Assembly: GCA_030704615.1 (NCBI GenBank)
Contig: CM060732.1
Span: 49,166,001-49,230,000 of the forward strand
Direction: 5' to 3'
Length of the DNA: 64,000 nt
From: Takakia lepidozioides
Taxonomy: Eukaryota > Plantae > Bryophyta
Both the position numbers and the translations under genes were made by a program. Positions within the stretch are counted from its first letter, which is position 1, and every line of letters begins with the position of its first letter. The notes under the pieces are model-generated. The model ran no database searches and was not told the origin of the DNA. It saw nothing but the letters and a program-made list of their open reading frames with translations. This document shows, piece by piece, positions 23,700 through 36,770 of this stretch.

Positions 23700-26600
23700 A
23701 CTCAGTTGGTTATCACCGGTGGCAGCCATGCTGACTGTTTTGTGGGCAATACATGCAAATTCATGTTGCAATGGTTGTCATGGATACCACTGTATCCCCT
23801 TCAACTTCTTGGCATTGATTTCCCAGTATTTCTTGTTAATGTTTGTAACATGGCGGTGTTATATCATACATCTTTGTATGACATCAAGGTCCTTTCCATG
23901 TGTGATAAGCTTAGAAGCTTAATCTTCGCAGACTTCTTCTGCAACTTAACCGCAGTCCCCAAATCTCCCGTCTTAAAAGTCTTTAATTTCCTTCCTCAAA
24001 CTGATCCTTCTCTTCATCTGAATTCTGGTCATGTTATGTTTGCCATTGCGTCAGCACCGTACTTCCTCCACAGGGATAATTCATGTTTCCTGATGTTTAA
24101 TCGATATCTTTTCCACATTTCCCTATTCTCTTCTCATCAGTAGGTAACAAAGATACACTGGAAGAAAGCCTTCCATACCATAAACTAACTGGAATGGTGT
24201 ATACTCAGTGGACTTTATATGAAGTCATGTATTGACCACAAAGCTGCAGCAGCATTGTATTCCCAATCTGTTGTTCGCATTGACTATCTTTAGACAAGAT
24301 AGTACATAGTATTTTGTTGGTGACTCTGCCTGCCCATTACCCTGTGGGTAATAGGTTGTACTTTTCTATGCGCAAAAAAAATTTATGGTCCATTAATGAA
24401 GTGACTCCCTGGTCAATGATGAATAGGGGGCAGCACCCAAATCTTGTAAGTCGTTCTCATACATGAACATGTGGCTCCTGTTGTCGCCTCTAGTAGTCGT
24501 CTTGTTCACCCACGTGTTTGTAGATAATCTATGTGGCCCAGCTTCGTAGTGCATTAATTCCTGCCCTGCTTTGTACTTGTTTGTGATTCTGGCGGTGGGT
24601 AATTGGTCCAACAAAGTCTAGTCCCCATGTCTGGAAATGGTTCAGTAGCCGAATCGTAGGATGCAAAGCCATCTTTTACGTAGCGTCTGCAATGGTCCTA
24701 GCCTCTGACACTTATCACAACTCGTAACAATACTTGTGTACATCCTTTGGAACAAGTAGGCCACCAGTACCCTGCAAGTAGGATCTTTCTACTGGTAGTC
24801 TCTTATCCAAAAGGACTCCAGCCACTCCTTTTATGAACTTCCTCCAAAAATTTTATTTACTTCATGGTGGTATAAGCATCGTTTAAGTACTCTATCATGG
24901 TCCTAGCTTATACATTCTGTCCCCTACCATAGTGTAAGGGAAAACCGACATGATAACGATTCTCTTCCTCTGCTCCTTTCCTTAACTAGGTGCGGCACTG
25001 ACCATGAGTAAGGTAGTATCTGATTGGCCACTGCCAATCTAACCAGTCATCTGCACTTCCTGCACCTCTACTGCAAATAAACTCGCATCAGGGAGTTGGT
25101 CGTCTACTCCTGGGGCGGGCTCTCCTATTGATAGGCGTGACAAGTGATCTGCCACAAGATGCAAATGGGCCAGGCTTTGTAAACAACTTCGAACTCACAG
25201 TCGTGAAAGATTATTAACCCACCTTGCTATCCCTTCCACTTATCAAAGGCTTGTTCACCAAATAAATCAGAAATTGATGATCCACATAAACATAAACTTC
25301 CTTCCCAATAGGTAATGCGAATTTCTTACTGCATTAAATTGCCAGTGCTTTATCTTTCAGTTGTGCTATAGTTCCTTTTAGCTCACTGTTCATCAACTTG
25401 CTAGCATAACCACAGGTGTGAATCTATGCCTCTTCCGTAACATTTTGGCTAATACTGCTCCCAATGCGTTCTTGAGGCTCACAGTGAACATGAAACACTA
25501 CATGCCATCTGGGGGTAATCAGCATATGTGGTAGTTGTTACTGACAATGTAAGTTCCTCAAAGGCTGTGACATTCAGCTGTACCATGTTAAACACTGCAA
25601 ATAAAAATCTTTCTATCAAAGCGTGCTGAGCGGTGCTCAACGCGGCTGACATAACGCGTCTGCCCAACATCTTTGTAATACACTGGTTTGTTCCAAGGAA
25701 TCTCTTAGACTCTTAACATTTACTGGTGGTGGAGAGGCTTAATGGCCTCTGTCTTTAGGGATCCACATCAGAAGTCCCCTCTTACACACAAGTGTCGACA
25801 AAAGTACCTTGAGTTACACAGAAAATACACTTCTTGGATTCAGGCCCAGACATTCATCTGCATCTGGCCTGATCTGGCCAAACATAAACTCCAATTTATG
25901 CAAGTTTCATTTTTAGAGCTGTACACACTGAGATCATCCAAGACCCCAACACCTGCATGAAATCCTAGATACTCATGAAAAGATTCACTTATCACTCTCT
26001 GAAAGGTTGTGTCGGTGCATTAAAAGTCCAAAATGCCATGACTTTGTATGAGCAAGACACCCCCCCAGCTCTGTGAGCTAAAGCTGTCCTTTCCCTGGTC
26101 TTCTTCTGCCACTCTGCACTTGATTATACCCCCTTGAAGCCATCCATGAATGAGTACATCTCATGGCCTACCACAGTGTCCAATTACCGCGTGAATGGCA
26201 AAGGACATGACTTATTTAGTATCTAGAATTATTTTATATCCACGATTGTGTTCTTATAGTTCCCACAAATATCTCTCAGTTTTAACCATTCTTCTTGGGA
26301 ACTATCACATGGGTGACAACCAAGTTGTATACTCTACGCGGGTATATAACTCAGCCTCAGCCAACTTCTTGATCTTTTCCCTAACCTTCTGTGCATAGTT
26401 GGGAGTCCATCTGTACCTCGCCTGTTTGATTGGTACTGACCCTGGTTCCAGTTCAATCTTATGCTAACAGATCTTAGGGGGTATCCCTTCAGACACGTAG
26501 CTCCTCCCCAGCAAATACATCTCTGTATTTGATGATCAACAGACTCTGTAGCTTCCCTCAAAGAATTCTGGCTCCAAGTCCCCGCCCCTACTTTCACCCT

Positions 26601-28500
26601 TATCGGTTTCTCCTCAATTCCCACATTCACTTCTTCACTGCTCATCAACTTGTGATTTCCAACCAGTCACTACTTCATCATGTAAACTCACAGTAGCGGT
26701 TCTTCTAGGATTCCCATTTCTCCCTCTCTTTCTTCATAGAAATGTGGTGGGTAACTGCTTATTTCATCCTTAATTGGTGTTGTTGTCAATACACCACAAC
26801 AGATACCTTTTAAACAACTTAGGCCTTCCAGTTGCATCTCTGCAACCTGCCCCACTCTGGGTGTGCCAGCGAACAGGGTAGCTTCCTGCTCCTCATCAAG
26901 TCCTCCCTCCAGTCATACTCCCTGACCCCTCGAGGTCTTCTCGTAGACGGTAGTCTACTAGATTTCTTAGTGGTGATTTGTATCTTGTGCATCCCATCCT
27001 GCACAGTTAGTAACTGGGAATTCCAGTCATGGAATACCCTGGCCCTGTTTCAAGCCACAGTCGACCTAGCAATAAGGAGTAAGCTTCCATGACTTCATCC
27101 ATTTTCAACACAGTTACTGTGATCTTAAAGATCATCTTTTGAATCTGTATTTTAACTCCTCTTATCAATCCCAATGGGTGAACACTTCTTTGATCTGCCA
27201 TTGTTACTGTGAATGAGGCTGGTTTCATGTTACTTAGACCAAGCTTCTGCCTTAATTGGTCTGTCATGATATTCACTCCAGAGCCTCCATCTATCAGTAC
27301 ATCAGTTAGATCTGTGCTTCCAATCTCAATTGGATTAACTGGATAGAATCATCAAAATCCATGACTGTTTCTCGCCCTTTCGACTTCACATTAAACTGGT
27401 CACCTTGCTGTTCAGGTCTGTGTTCCCTGTCACATGGGCAATCTGATTGATTGCTGATACAGCTGTGCCTACATAAGGTGCCACAGCCCACATAGCTGTC
27501 CCATGGTAATATCCGCTTTGGACTGGCATATTACTTCAGCCAAAGGCCCTTATTACTCTGCATTTCTGCTGCTCTCTTTCTTCCCTTCATCCTCACTCAC
27601 TTCCTCTCTCTTTCAGAATCAGAGGAATCTGCCATAGGGAAACAGTACTTTTCTGCATTTTCCTTATGGATATCTGCCACTTCCTTGTGCAGTCCTTCTC
27701 ATCTCTCCAAGCCTCATCATCTTCAGGCACATCACTTGCCATCTCATTATCATCACCTTCCTCATCTACTGGAGGTATTAATTGAGATTTGCTTCTGGTT
27801 ACTATCATTTACTAAACACATGGCTAACCATGTGAGCTGCCCCCCCAAACTACGCGCGAATTCACATGAGCACTCTCATCTCATTTTGGTTGTCTAATCC
27901 AGAATGAACAGGTTGCCTTGCGATGTCCTGCCTGAATTACAATCTAGTAACACAGTTCTTCACATTGGGGTCCTCGCCCTGGCTGCTCTAGGATTATTTC
28001 TGTAATTCTTGATCCTGGCTGGTAAATTCCCCCTTGGATTACCTGATAGTTGCCTCTGGATTCCCTTGGTAATTCCCTCTTGGATTACCTCTCCCTTCCA
28101 TACCATTGTTATAACCACCAGGCCTACCATAGTGGTCCTGATCACTGTTTCTTCTTGGCTGGGGCTGCACTTGATGCACCCTTACCTTACTAGGTTCTCT
28201 TGCAGCTATCCTTCTGTTGTACTAACAATTCTCAGTAGAATGGTTATCCATTTTTACAGATAGTACAATGTTTCTCCTTATGTGACATTCAGTGGTGGTA
28301 TGCCTCATTCTGGCATTTGCACACCAAACACCCTTCCTCCACGTGTTGCAGCCTCTGTGGCATACTTCTTCAAGATTCTTCTAATCTTTTCTCATAGTTA
28401 TCCCTCTTCAACTTTTCCTTCCTCTTACTCTTCCTCTTGAGCTCTTGCTCTTCTTCCTCATCTGACTCATTCTCAGAGTCCTCATCACATTCCACCATAC
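23700..28500 (-). mobile_element. Second Ty3/gypsy element, minus strand, heavily decayed
   Basis: Protease VLIDGGSGVNIMT...MADQRSVHPLG (27000-27300); RT HEMYSFMDGF..YNQV (~26120-26170); RNase H and integrase remnants at 24200-25450; acidic/basic gag remnants at 27600-28480. No 5' LTR seen. Confidence 0.85.
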
Positions 28501-29622
28501 CAAACAGGCACTCTAATGCACAGATGCCTAAACATGTTGAAGTTCAGTTAAGTTACAGATGGCTTGATGTAAGTCAAAGAATGGACACAGGAGATTGCCC
28601 ACACACTTGCAAAACATTAAGAACCCAGTACCAGACGCAACAGGTGTGTACATGGGTCTGTAAATCATTGCATACAAAGTAAGCCTTTGTCATTGTCATG
28701 CATGCCCGATTGCAATACATGAGCCTGTAGCCTCCCCCAACTTCATAAAAAACTCCTGAATACGAAGCGCCAAGCAAAACGAAGCAAACACGCAACAGAC
28801 TGTGTGTGAACAATGTAATTTTATGTAGACAAGCAGGGAAAATTTACAAGGCCTTGCCAATTGCTTTCAGTCTTCAAGTGCACTAACATCATTGATCATG
28901 GCAGTCACTTGGATTGATACATGTTGCAGAGGGTTTTTGGGCGTGAGCAATTATTCACAGAAATGGTGCAAGAGAAACTCTGTCAAGGGGTATAGCGGCC
29001 AGTTAGTAAAGCATATGGTAAACCCAACAAAGTACACTATCATAAAATCCAATCATCTAGTGTTTGAGGTCTTGCCTTGACAATTTGCAGGATGAGGAAC
29101 ACAAGCCAGACGAAACAAAGCAGCCCCATCTCTTTCCATCGTGCAGTCTTGCACACCACTGGTGATCCCTTCATGTGACTTGAACTTCAATTGAATGCCC
29201 GCACCACAACTTCCTCCCTGCAGAAGCTCATAACATACTGTTCTAAACATGCATAGAAACCTACATGCGCATCTGGACAAGCCGAGGTCCATTGAAGACT
29301 TACCGCATACTCTGACTCAACCGTGGCTAATATCTACAGAAGTTCGAATAACTTGTTAGACTCAAGGGCTGCAACCTTCTCCACAAATCTGTTCCACGCT
29401 ACGATTTCTTCAATTTACCAAACAAGTGAAGTGGGATACATGTGACGTACGATTTGAGAGTTATGTTAACTTTCCCAGAATCCACTGGGAAATTCAGTCT
29501 GCAAAGAAGCACAGCTATTGAGAGAAAACCCCTGATGCAAGGCAAGCCATGACTGAAACCTGGATGCATTCTAGCAATTCCCTATGAAGATGCCACCTTT
29601 ATATTGTACTATATACACTGAC

Positions 29623-32600
29623 TTTTTCTCCCTGTCCTCTAGGAAGCCTATTGCCATTGGGTGGACTTGATTCGGGAGTACATTAATGTCTCTGTGACTA
29701 AATGCCAGCCTTGTGACCTCGTGTCCTTGTTTGTTTCGACCTGAAGCGCTTTGCTCCAGATAAGGTAGTGCATTGGATTTAGTTGGAAAGCTTGGGGCCT
29801 TTCCCTCTTTAGAATATGCCTACACGGGCCATTCCCTGCAACTCCCTGGAGTGTGATCTCTGAATGGTAACAAGCGGATCCCTACCGCTTGGGGGCAGCC
29901 CCTCCGCCCAAATTGGGCAGTCGTATGCTCTGTCTAGCATACTCGGCACTTGGGCTTGGGTTACAATCAAAATTTTAGCTCCTATCAACATCAACACTCC
30001 TCAGGGTGATTCCTGGGAATTGGTTACTTATGCCAAATCTAGGGCTTCATGTGTAGTTTTTGGGGTGAATCCCAGGATGGACGATGTGTCCTTTAAAACT
30101 ACATGCTCTAGCTTAGGCTTGGATTTCATGGCTAATGGTTCCATCTCGAGACTTGATAACAGGGGTACGTTGAAGGTTGCAATGACCAAAAGTGCTTCTA
30201 ATAGAGTCCCACAGTTCGTCCCTTGACTGGCTGGAGAGCGGTCTTAGACATTGGTGATTCAATGGGGCGCTCTAGGAAGACAACCAAGGGCAAGGACTTC
30301 AACTTGAGAGTTTCTAATCGGTTTGATGCTCTGGACGAGGTTGAATCCAAACAGCCAGAAGGACAAGATGCCCCTAAGTGTACGGAACCTGAAAGTCCTG
30401 AATCTGAAGGATTTGGTACTCTGAATGGTTTACCAATCCTCAAGGTTTACACAAGACGAACAAATTCTATACATGGGTAATTGTCCCCAAGCCGTCAGAT
30501 GGACAATCTGTCCCTAAGTGTGCAGAGCCTGAACGTCGTATAACTGAAGGATTTGGTACTCTAAATGGTTTACCAATCCTCAAAGTCTACACAAGACGAG
30601 CAAAATCTATACACGGGGTAATTGTCCCCAAGCAGTCTGACGGACAATCTGTCCCTATGTGTGCGGAGCCTGTGCGTCGTGTAACTGAAGGATTTGGTAC
30701 CCTGAATGGTTTACCAATTCTCAAAGTTTACACAAGACGAGTACACATGGGGTAACTGTCCCCCCTTTGCAGAACGGTTGGCCATCCAGGAGCAATCACA
30801 AGCTACCTAGACGACAAACAATTCACATGCAAAGGGCTGGCTTGCGGCTGGCCACTTTCAACTTCTCAGGGTTGACCAACCAAAGGAAACAACTCGAAGT
30901 GGGACAAGTTCTTCAGACTAATGATATTCATATCTGTGCTGGGCAAGAAACATGGGAAACGTCGGATAAACTGGTTGGAGATGTCAATGGTTATAACTGG
31001 GCAGGTAAGATGTGTACTCTCAAGGCAGCCTCTGCCAAACGCGGTCAAAAAGGGGTTGGATTCTTTGTCCGTGATTTCTTGTTTGACAATTGTGAAATTA
31101 TCAACAAGGGTTTGAGGTACGAGCATAGTATCTGGCTAAAACTGAATCTGAAGGGCGGCATGAGTACGAAGGACCTCTTTGTGGGTTGTGTTTACATGCC
31201 CACAGAGGGGACCCTTAGTGCTGACGCAGACAAAGCCTTCGAAGATGTAAAGCTGGACTGTGCTTCGTTCCTTGCCAAAGGTCAGGTGGTGCTATTGGGT
31301 GACTTCAATGCCCGGGTGGGCAAAGGGCTCCATCAGGACGATATCATTGGGCCTATTGGTGAGGACGAGCTGAATTCTAATGGCAGACGGTTAATTAACT
31401 GTATAGAAGAGCTTCAGCTTTTGACCTTGAATAACAGCACAAGAGGTGACCAAGTGCAGTGGACTCGTGAGAAATCCCAAACTGGGGAACGTTCCATTGT
31501 GGACTATATCATAATGGACAAAAATTTGTTCCCCCAGTGTGCCAATGTGTTGATCGACAGAACTGATATTGGTACCTCTGACCACTTCCTAGTTTGGACT
31601 GAGATCAAAAGGTGTTTTCCCAACACCAAGAGATCTGTGAAACGTTTGATTCGGAAGTGGCGCAGAGTACGTTAAGAGTGCTGCAATTTGAAAACCAACA
31701 GAGAATTGTGGGCGAGGTACTACCAGCTCCGTAAAGATATCAATCAGCTTGTTAGGTCTCAGAAGAAATTATACTGGGACAAGTTATACAGTGAAATAAA
31801 CTCAAACCACCATGGTGGTAATGACAAGAAATTCTGGTTGGCCCTTCAACGTTTGTACAAGCCGAAAAACAGTCAGCAAGTACAAGCGCTGAAGACTACT
31901 AAAGGTGCAGTGGTGACTTCATCGGTTGACATTGTCAAAACCTTTGAAACTCACTACAGTATCCTTGGCAGAACTTCTAGGTCTAACAGTGAGGGGTCTT
32001 CTGCTGAATGGAGGGACACAGTTGGAAAAACTGTTCCTATGATTCAAAACAGCCCTGATGAACTGGAGTATATTTCAATGGCTTATAACGCCCCCATTAG
32101 TTCTTCTGAGATTGTGGAAGCAATTGAACATTTAAATGGATATAAAGCTGGTGGACCTGATGGTATTGTCAACGAGCTTATCAAGCACGGTGGCGATCCC
32201 ATGATAGAGGCCCTAGTTCTCCTCTTTAACCTTATCTGGAAGACTGAAATGATCCCCTTTCGCTGGTGACAGGGGGTCATTGTCAATCTATACAAGAAGG
32301 GTGACAGAGAAGAACCGGGGAACTACCGTGGCATCACGCTCCTCAATGCTGTTGGCAAGACATTCTGCAGAGTTATAAGTACTCGTCTCGAGGTTGATCT
32401 GGAGTCTAGAGGTTGTTTCCACAAAGGCCAAGCTGGCTTTTGGCGAAACAGGGGCTGTGTGGATCATATCTTCACTCTAAGCCAGATTATCCAGGGAAGG
32501 AAAAAAGAAGGGAAACCCACTTACGTTTTTTTCCTGGATGTCAAAAAGGCTTATGACACAGTGTGGAGAGATGGCCTATGGTTCCGCCTCTGGTCTTGTG

Positions 32601-34180
32601 GGATCAAGGGAAAGACGTGGAGAGTTGTCCACAACTTGTATGCTCACACCAAAAGCTGTGTCACTGTTAACGGACAGAAGTCCAACTTCTTTGACATAGA
32701 CCAAGGAGTAGCTCAAGGATGTACTCTCTCCCCTCTGCTCTTCAATGTTTTCATCAATCAACTCCTCGAGGATGTGGAAAGTGAGGGATTTGGGTTAAGG
32801 GTGGGTGATACCACCATACCAGCCCTTATGTTTGCGGATGACTTCGCAGGCATAGGGGAGACTCCAACCAATCTCCAGGAGTTGATTGATTGCGCGAAGA
32901 GATACTTTGATCTTTGGGGGCTAGAGGCTAATGTCAGCAAATGTGCAGTGGTAGCATTCAACGACAGAGGAGAGGGAGGAAGTGATCTTAAGTGGCAGTG
33001 GGGTAGCCAAGAGATCCCGGTCCTCCCTTCCTACACTTACCTGGGCGTTGAGTTTTCCTCCAATTGTAATTGGGATGCACATATCCGGAAAGTTGTTCAA
33101 ACTGGCAAGGGAAAAGCTCTGGGGCTCACTAAATTTTTCCACTGCAGAGGGGTCAACTCTGAGGTTAAGAAAACCATGCTTTGTCGCGTTATTAGACCTG
33201 CCTTGGAGTACGGATCTGCAATATGGGTTGATAACTCCAACCAGGCTAAGTCTCTAGAATCCATTCAAGTGGGGGTGCTTAAGGAGTGTATGTCAGCATG
33301 CTCCAAAACAGCCAATGTGGCTGTTCGGGGTGAGTTTGGCATTCCGTCCTTAAGCTCCCGACGAGATGAATTCAAGGTCAGATGGTGGGGTCAGCTGCAA
33401 CATATGTCCAACACCAGATATCCTAAGTTAATCGACTCTATATCTTGGAAACAGGACCGCCCTGTCAAACAGGCTAAGTCCTGGCAGAAGAGAGTAGAAG
33501 AGATTCTCAAGGACCTGGACCTGGATCCGCAAGTCTTGACCCTGCTGGATAAATCTGACTTAGAGGCTGTAGTGTCCAAAGCCATGTCTGTTGCCATGAG
33601 ATTGTCTGATGAAAATGAAGTTAGGCAGAAAACTTCCCTGAATTTGTTTCCAGTCAGTGACATGGGGGAGGACATCTTGGATGACCTCAAGGGTCTACCC
33701 AATTCCGGCACTAGACTGAAATTTAAACCCAGGGAAGGAAGCCTACCTTTGAACAGCAAACAGAAGCAGAGAGGAAAAGGAGAGTGCAATTGCCCGTTGT
33801 GTGGGCAATCTGAAGACAATATTCATTTTCTGATACACTGTCCGGGGTTCTCTCACCAAAGAGACGCTCTCTTCAAATCTATCAAGGGAATTGTGCCTGT
33901 ACCCCTGTTTACCAACTTTGAAAGTCTCGAGGCTGAGCCAAAAGCCCAGGCCCTCCTGAGGCCTAGTTTTTGGGCAAATCACACACAACAGATTGATGCT
34001 TGTGTGAAGGGATTTCTAGAGGAAATCTGGAAAACCCGGATTAATTCTATATATGAAGGTAAGTCTTACTACCAACGTCAGCCCCTGACAGAGGTAGGTT
34101 CTGTCCCTTTTGTTCCCGCTCAAACTGGGCGCGGGGTCAATGGCCACAAGGCTACGGCAAACAATGTCTTATGAGTACAG
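29623..34180 (+). mobile_element. Near full-length RTE-X-like LINE (APE endonuclease + RT + C-terminal CCHC) with 13-bp TSD
   Basis: TSD tatatacactgac at 29610-29622 and 34181-34193. EN motifs TFNFSG, GQETW, GDFNARVG, DY, SDH. RT motifs NYRGITLL, QAGF, DVKKAYD, QGCTLSP, FADD, YLG. C-terminal CPLC..E...HFLIHC. Broken at ~31675 and by a TGA at 32267. Clade assignment is inference. Confidence 0.92.
30350..30765 (+). repeat. Tandem repeat, ~3 x 140/141 bp, inside the LINE ORF1 region
   Basis: gaaggatttggtac recurs at 30406, 30546 and 30687; unit encodes ..EGFGTLNGLPILKVYTRR.. Confidence 0.93.
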
Positions 34181-36770
34181 TATATACACTGACACAAACA
34201 GATCGCAGCTATTCCATGTGACATCGACCAAAGTCAAAGGTAAAATAAATACCTGCTTTGTTAACATCTAAGCTTGAGTTTGGCAGGGAGGTTTGCTGGA
34301 CCTGCACTCCAGTGAAAAATCCAGGAATTCTGAGCTGTTGTTGTCCTCAAATTAAACCTTAAACCCCCATGTACTGATGTCTTTTGGAGAACAAAATGTT
34401 GATGTCCACCACCAGCTGCACCAGAAACAAAAACAATGTATATCTTCGTCTCATTTTAACCCACCCACCTCCAGTGTTAGCATGACCCCTCACCTACTTC
34501 AAAATTGTGCCATTAATTGACAAAAATGTTTCTAATATGAGTTGTGAGTTGCCAAAGCTGACCTCTGCAGACTTTTCTGCATTCCACGCAGAAACTGCCC
34601 TACAAAAAGCATTCCTGGAAGTCACTGCATCCATCCGTCCAAGTATTTGCATAAGTGTCGTTCTCATCATGGAAACATATGGATAATTGGCCGGAATGAA
34701 ACCACTGATGCATATTGTGAGTTTATGATGTGCAGGTGACACATTCCATGAACAGCAGTAGAGAGAAATTTGTAGGTGTCAGAAGGTACCTGTAAACAGT
34801 ACAATGAGAAGAAGAGTGACCATCCAATCTGCAAACATAACATTGAAGGCTACTCCAATGCTGATGCCCAGAGGTAACAGTGGCTGAAACAGCAATGCAA
34901 TGTCAGAGTCTATAAGAGGCTCATTCTTTGTTGGGTGTTTTCGATGCAAGTTGACGCATACAGTGGAGAGCGATGCGCCCATAATCATTGCTGCAAGTAC
35001 ATTTCAACAAGCAGAAACTCAACCCTGATTCATGTATTGCACTAACTTCCCTCCAGAAACTTGGACATAAGGGAGGTGACTCGACTTGACCACATTCACG
35101 TCCCAGATGTAACCAGGAACTGAAAACCAATAGCTAGAGTCCACATGCCAGAGTATTAATGTTTGAACAGAATTGGAGAAACTTCTATGGTGGTTGCTCT
35201 TACATTTTGAGAGGGCGGTTGCAGTCTTGGCATCAAACAAAGCCTATTACCAGAGTCAACATGGAGAGCCACCAACACCCCCCACACTTCCTAGTGCAGC
35301 TTCCACAAAGCCGAAGATAGTCCCCGCCACCAACTTCCAACTGAATTCAAGATTCTGCCACCCCATGAAAGACATACCAACCAAAAATTCTGTAACCTTC
35401 TTTTAGGTATCAAACAGAGAGAATTAGACCAAGGGAGCTGAACATCTCTGATTAAATGAGCTTCTTCTTTCGTCCATGTCTCAAATCAACGTTGCTTGGC
35501 GGTGTATCCCAAAAGGGAAGGCTGTTGAGTTTCCAGGAAATCACTAGGTAAATGGAGAGTGGGTGTAGTATCCTCGTATCAGAAACAACAGAAACACAGT
35601 ACTTGAAGCAGGTTGTTCAATGGGGGCCTTTTGGGATTTCAGGATACTTCATACACATATATGTAACTCTTAGCTTTCTCCCTCCCACCAAGCATGACCA
35701 TTCAGTACTTGTAACCTTCATTAGATACCTTAGGCAACCCTCATTCCTAGTTTTATCTACTCTCCAGTCCCAGTACCTTGAGACTGTCGATGAGGCAATC
35801 AAGGGATTGCTTTTATCAAGTACTGGGAGTGGCAGAACCTCCTGCTTCCTTCTGCATATCCACTTGGTCCCATACCAACAAAAATTGTATTGGTGGGAAA
35901 GGAGCTTACCCCTGTTCTTTGCTGGTTTAATCCACCACTTGGGACGATGAACAAATAGCCATTGGGCTCCAAGGTTGTCCCAACTGTGCCAGGAAGCAAG
36001 GAAACATATAATCTATATTGACATGACAAAATATGAGAAAAAAATGAATGAATCCTTGTTCCTGCAGCTCTAGCAGTCTGACGATACTGCAAATCTCCAG
36101 TGGTATATTCAATAGCCTTGCCTGTGCACAGGCCAATTACAGATTTTGAGAGAGAGCCACAAACTTGGGGAGTGTGTACTGGGTTCACTACATCCATAGT
36201 AATATTCTGCATATTCAGGGTCCCAAACATGTGCCAACAATCTCTCCCCTTGCCCTTAGAAGCCCCACACCATCCACACAAACCCATCAGCCATCTTTCT
36301 CTAAGCTTAGCTTCAACCCTCTTTTATGGCATCAGGACTTCAGTCCAAACACGTAGCAAAGACATCAACACACATGGCATAACATTGCACAATCCCATGA
36401 GATAATAGCATCTGGAAAGCGATTTTACAGATAGAGAAAGTGGGTTTATGACAAGAGACAGGACCAAAATGTTTGTCACTGGGGAGAAATGGTTGCAAAA
36501 GTATCTCAAATGCCGCAAATGAAACAATGAGTTTACACGCCAATGGAGTGGGCATGGGCCATATCATGCGAATCCCTATAAACTTATAGTCCCTGAGGTA
36601 CTTAAAATATTCTTTCTAATGATCCATCCAAGGGTCTCCTGGTTGCAACAACGAGAATTTGTGTTTCAGAGAGCATTTGCTGAGCATCATGACATGTCTG
36701 CAGCCACCCAACGTAGTGGTTGGGGACAAGATGAAGGCACAGCCAGCACCCAGAACTGTAAAATGAATGT

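Larger units (their letters stand above)
28607..35354 (-). pseudogene. Sulfite exporter TauE/SafE family gene, disrupted; recognisable exons 35354-35204, 34990-34790, ~34625-34563, ~29200-29076, 28657-28607
   Basis: LEFSWKLVAGTIFGF..ALGSVGGVGG (deletion/frameshift) ..FDAKTATALSK; MIMGASLSTV..HP..PLID.DIALLFQP..LGISIGVAFNVMFADWMVTLLLIVLF; WKEMGLLCFVWLVFLILQIVK; TCCVWYWVLNVLQ. These match plant TauE proteins. A LINE sits in one intron and the 3' half is replaced by gypsy sequence. Confidence 0.85.

Noticed and set aside
30350-30765. Possible CRISPR-like array
   Set aside because: Whole 140/141-bp units repeat with no unique spacers; eukaryotic LINE context.
35400-36600. Short ORFs between TauE and CR gene A
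   Set aside because: Look like heavily decayed LINE endonuclease sequence; too degraded to call.
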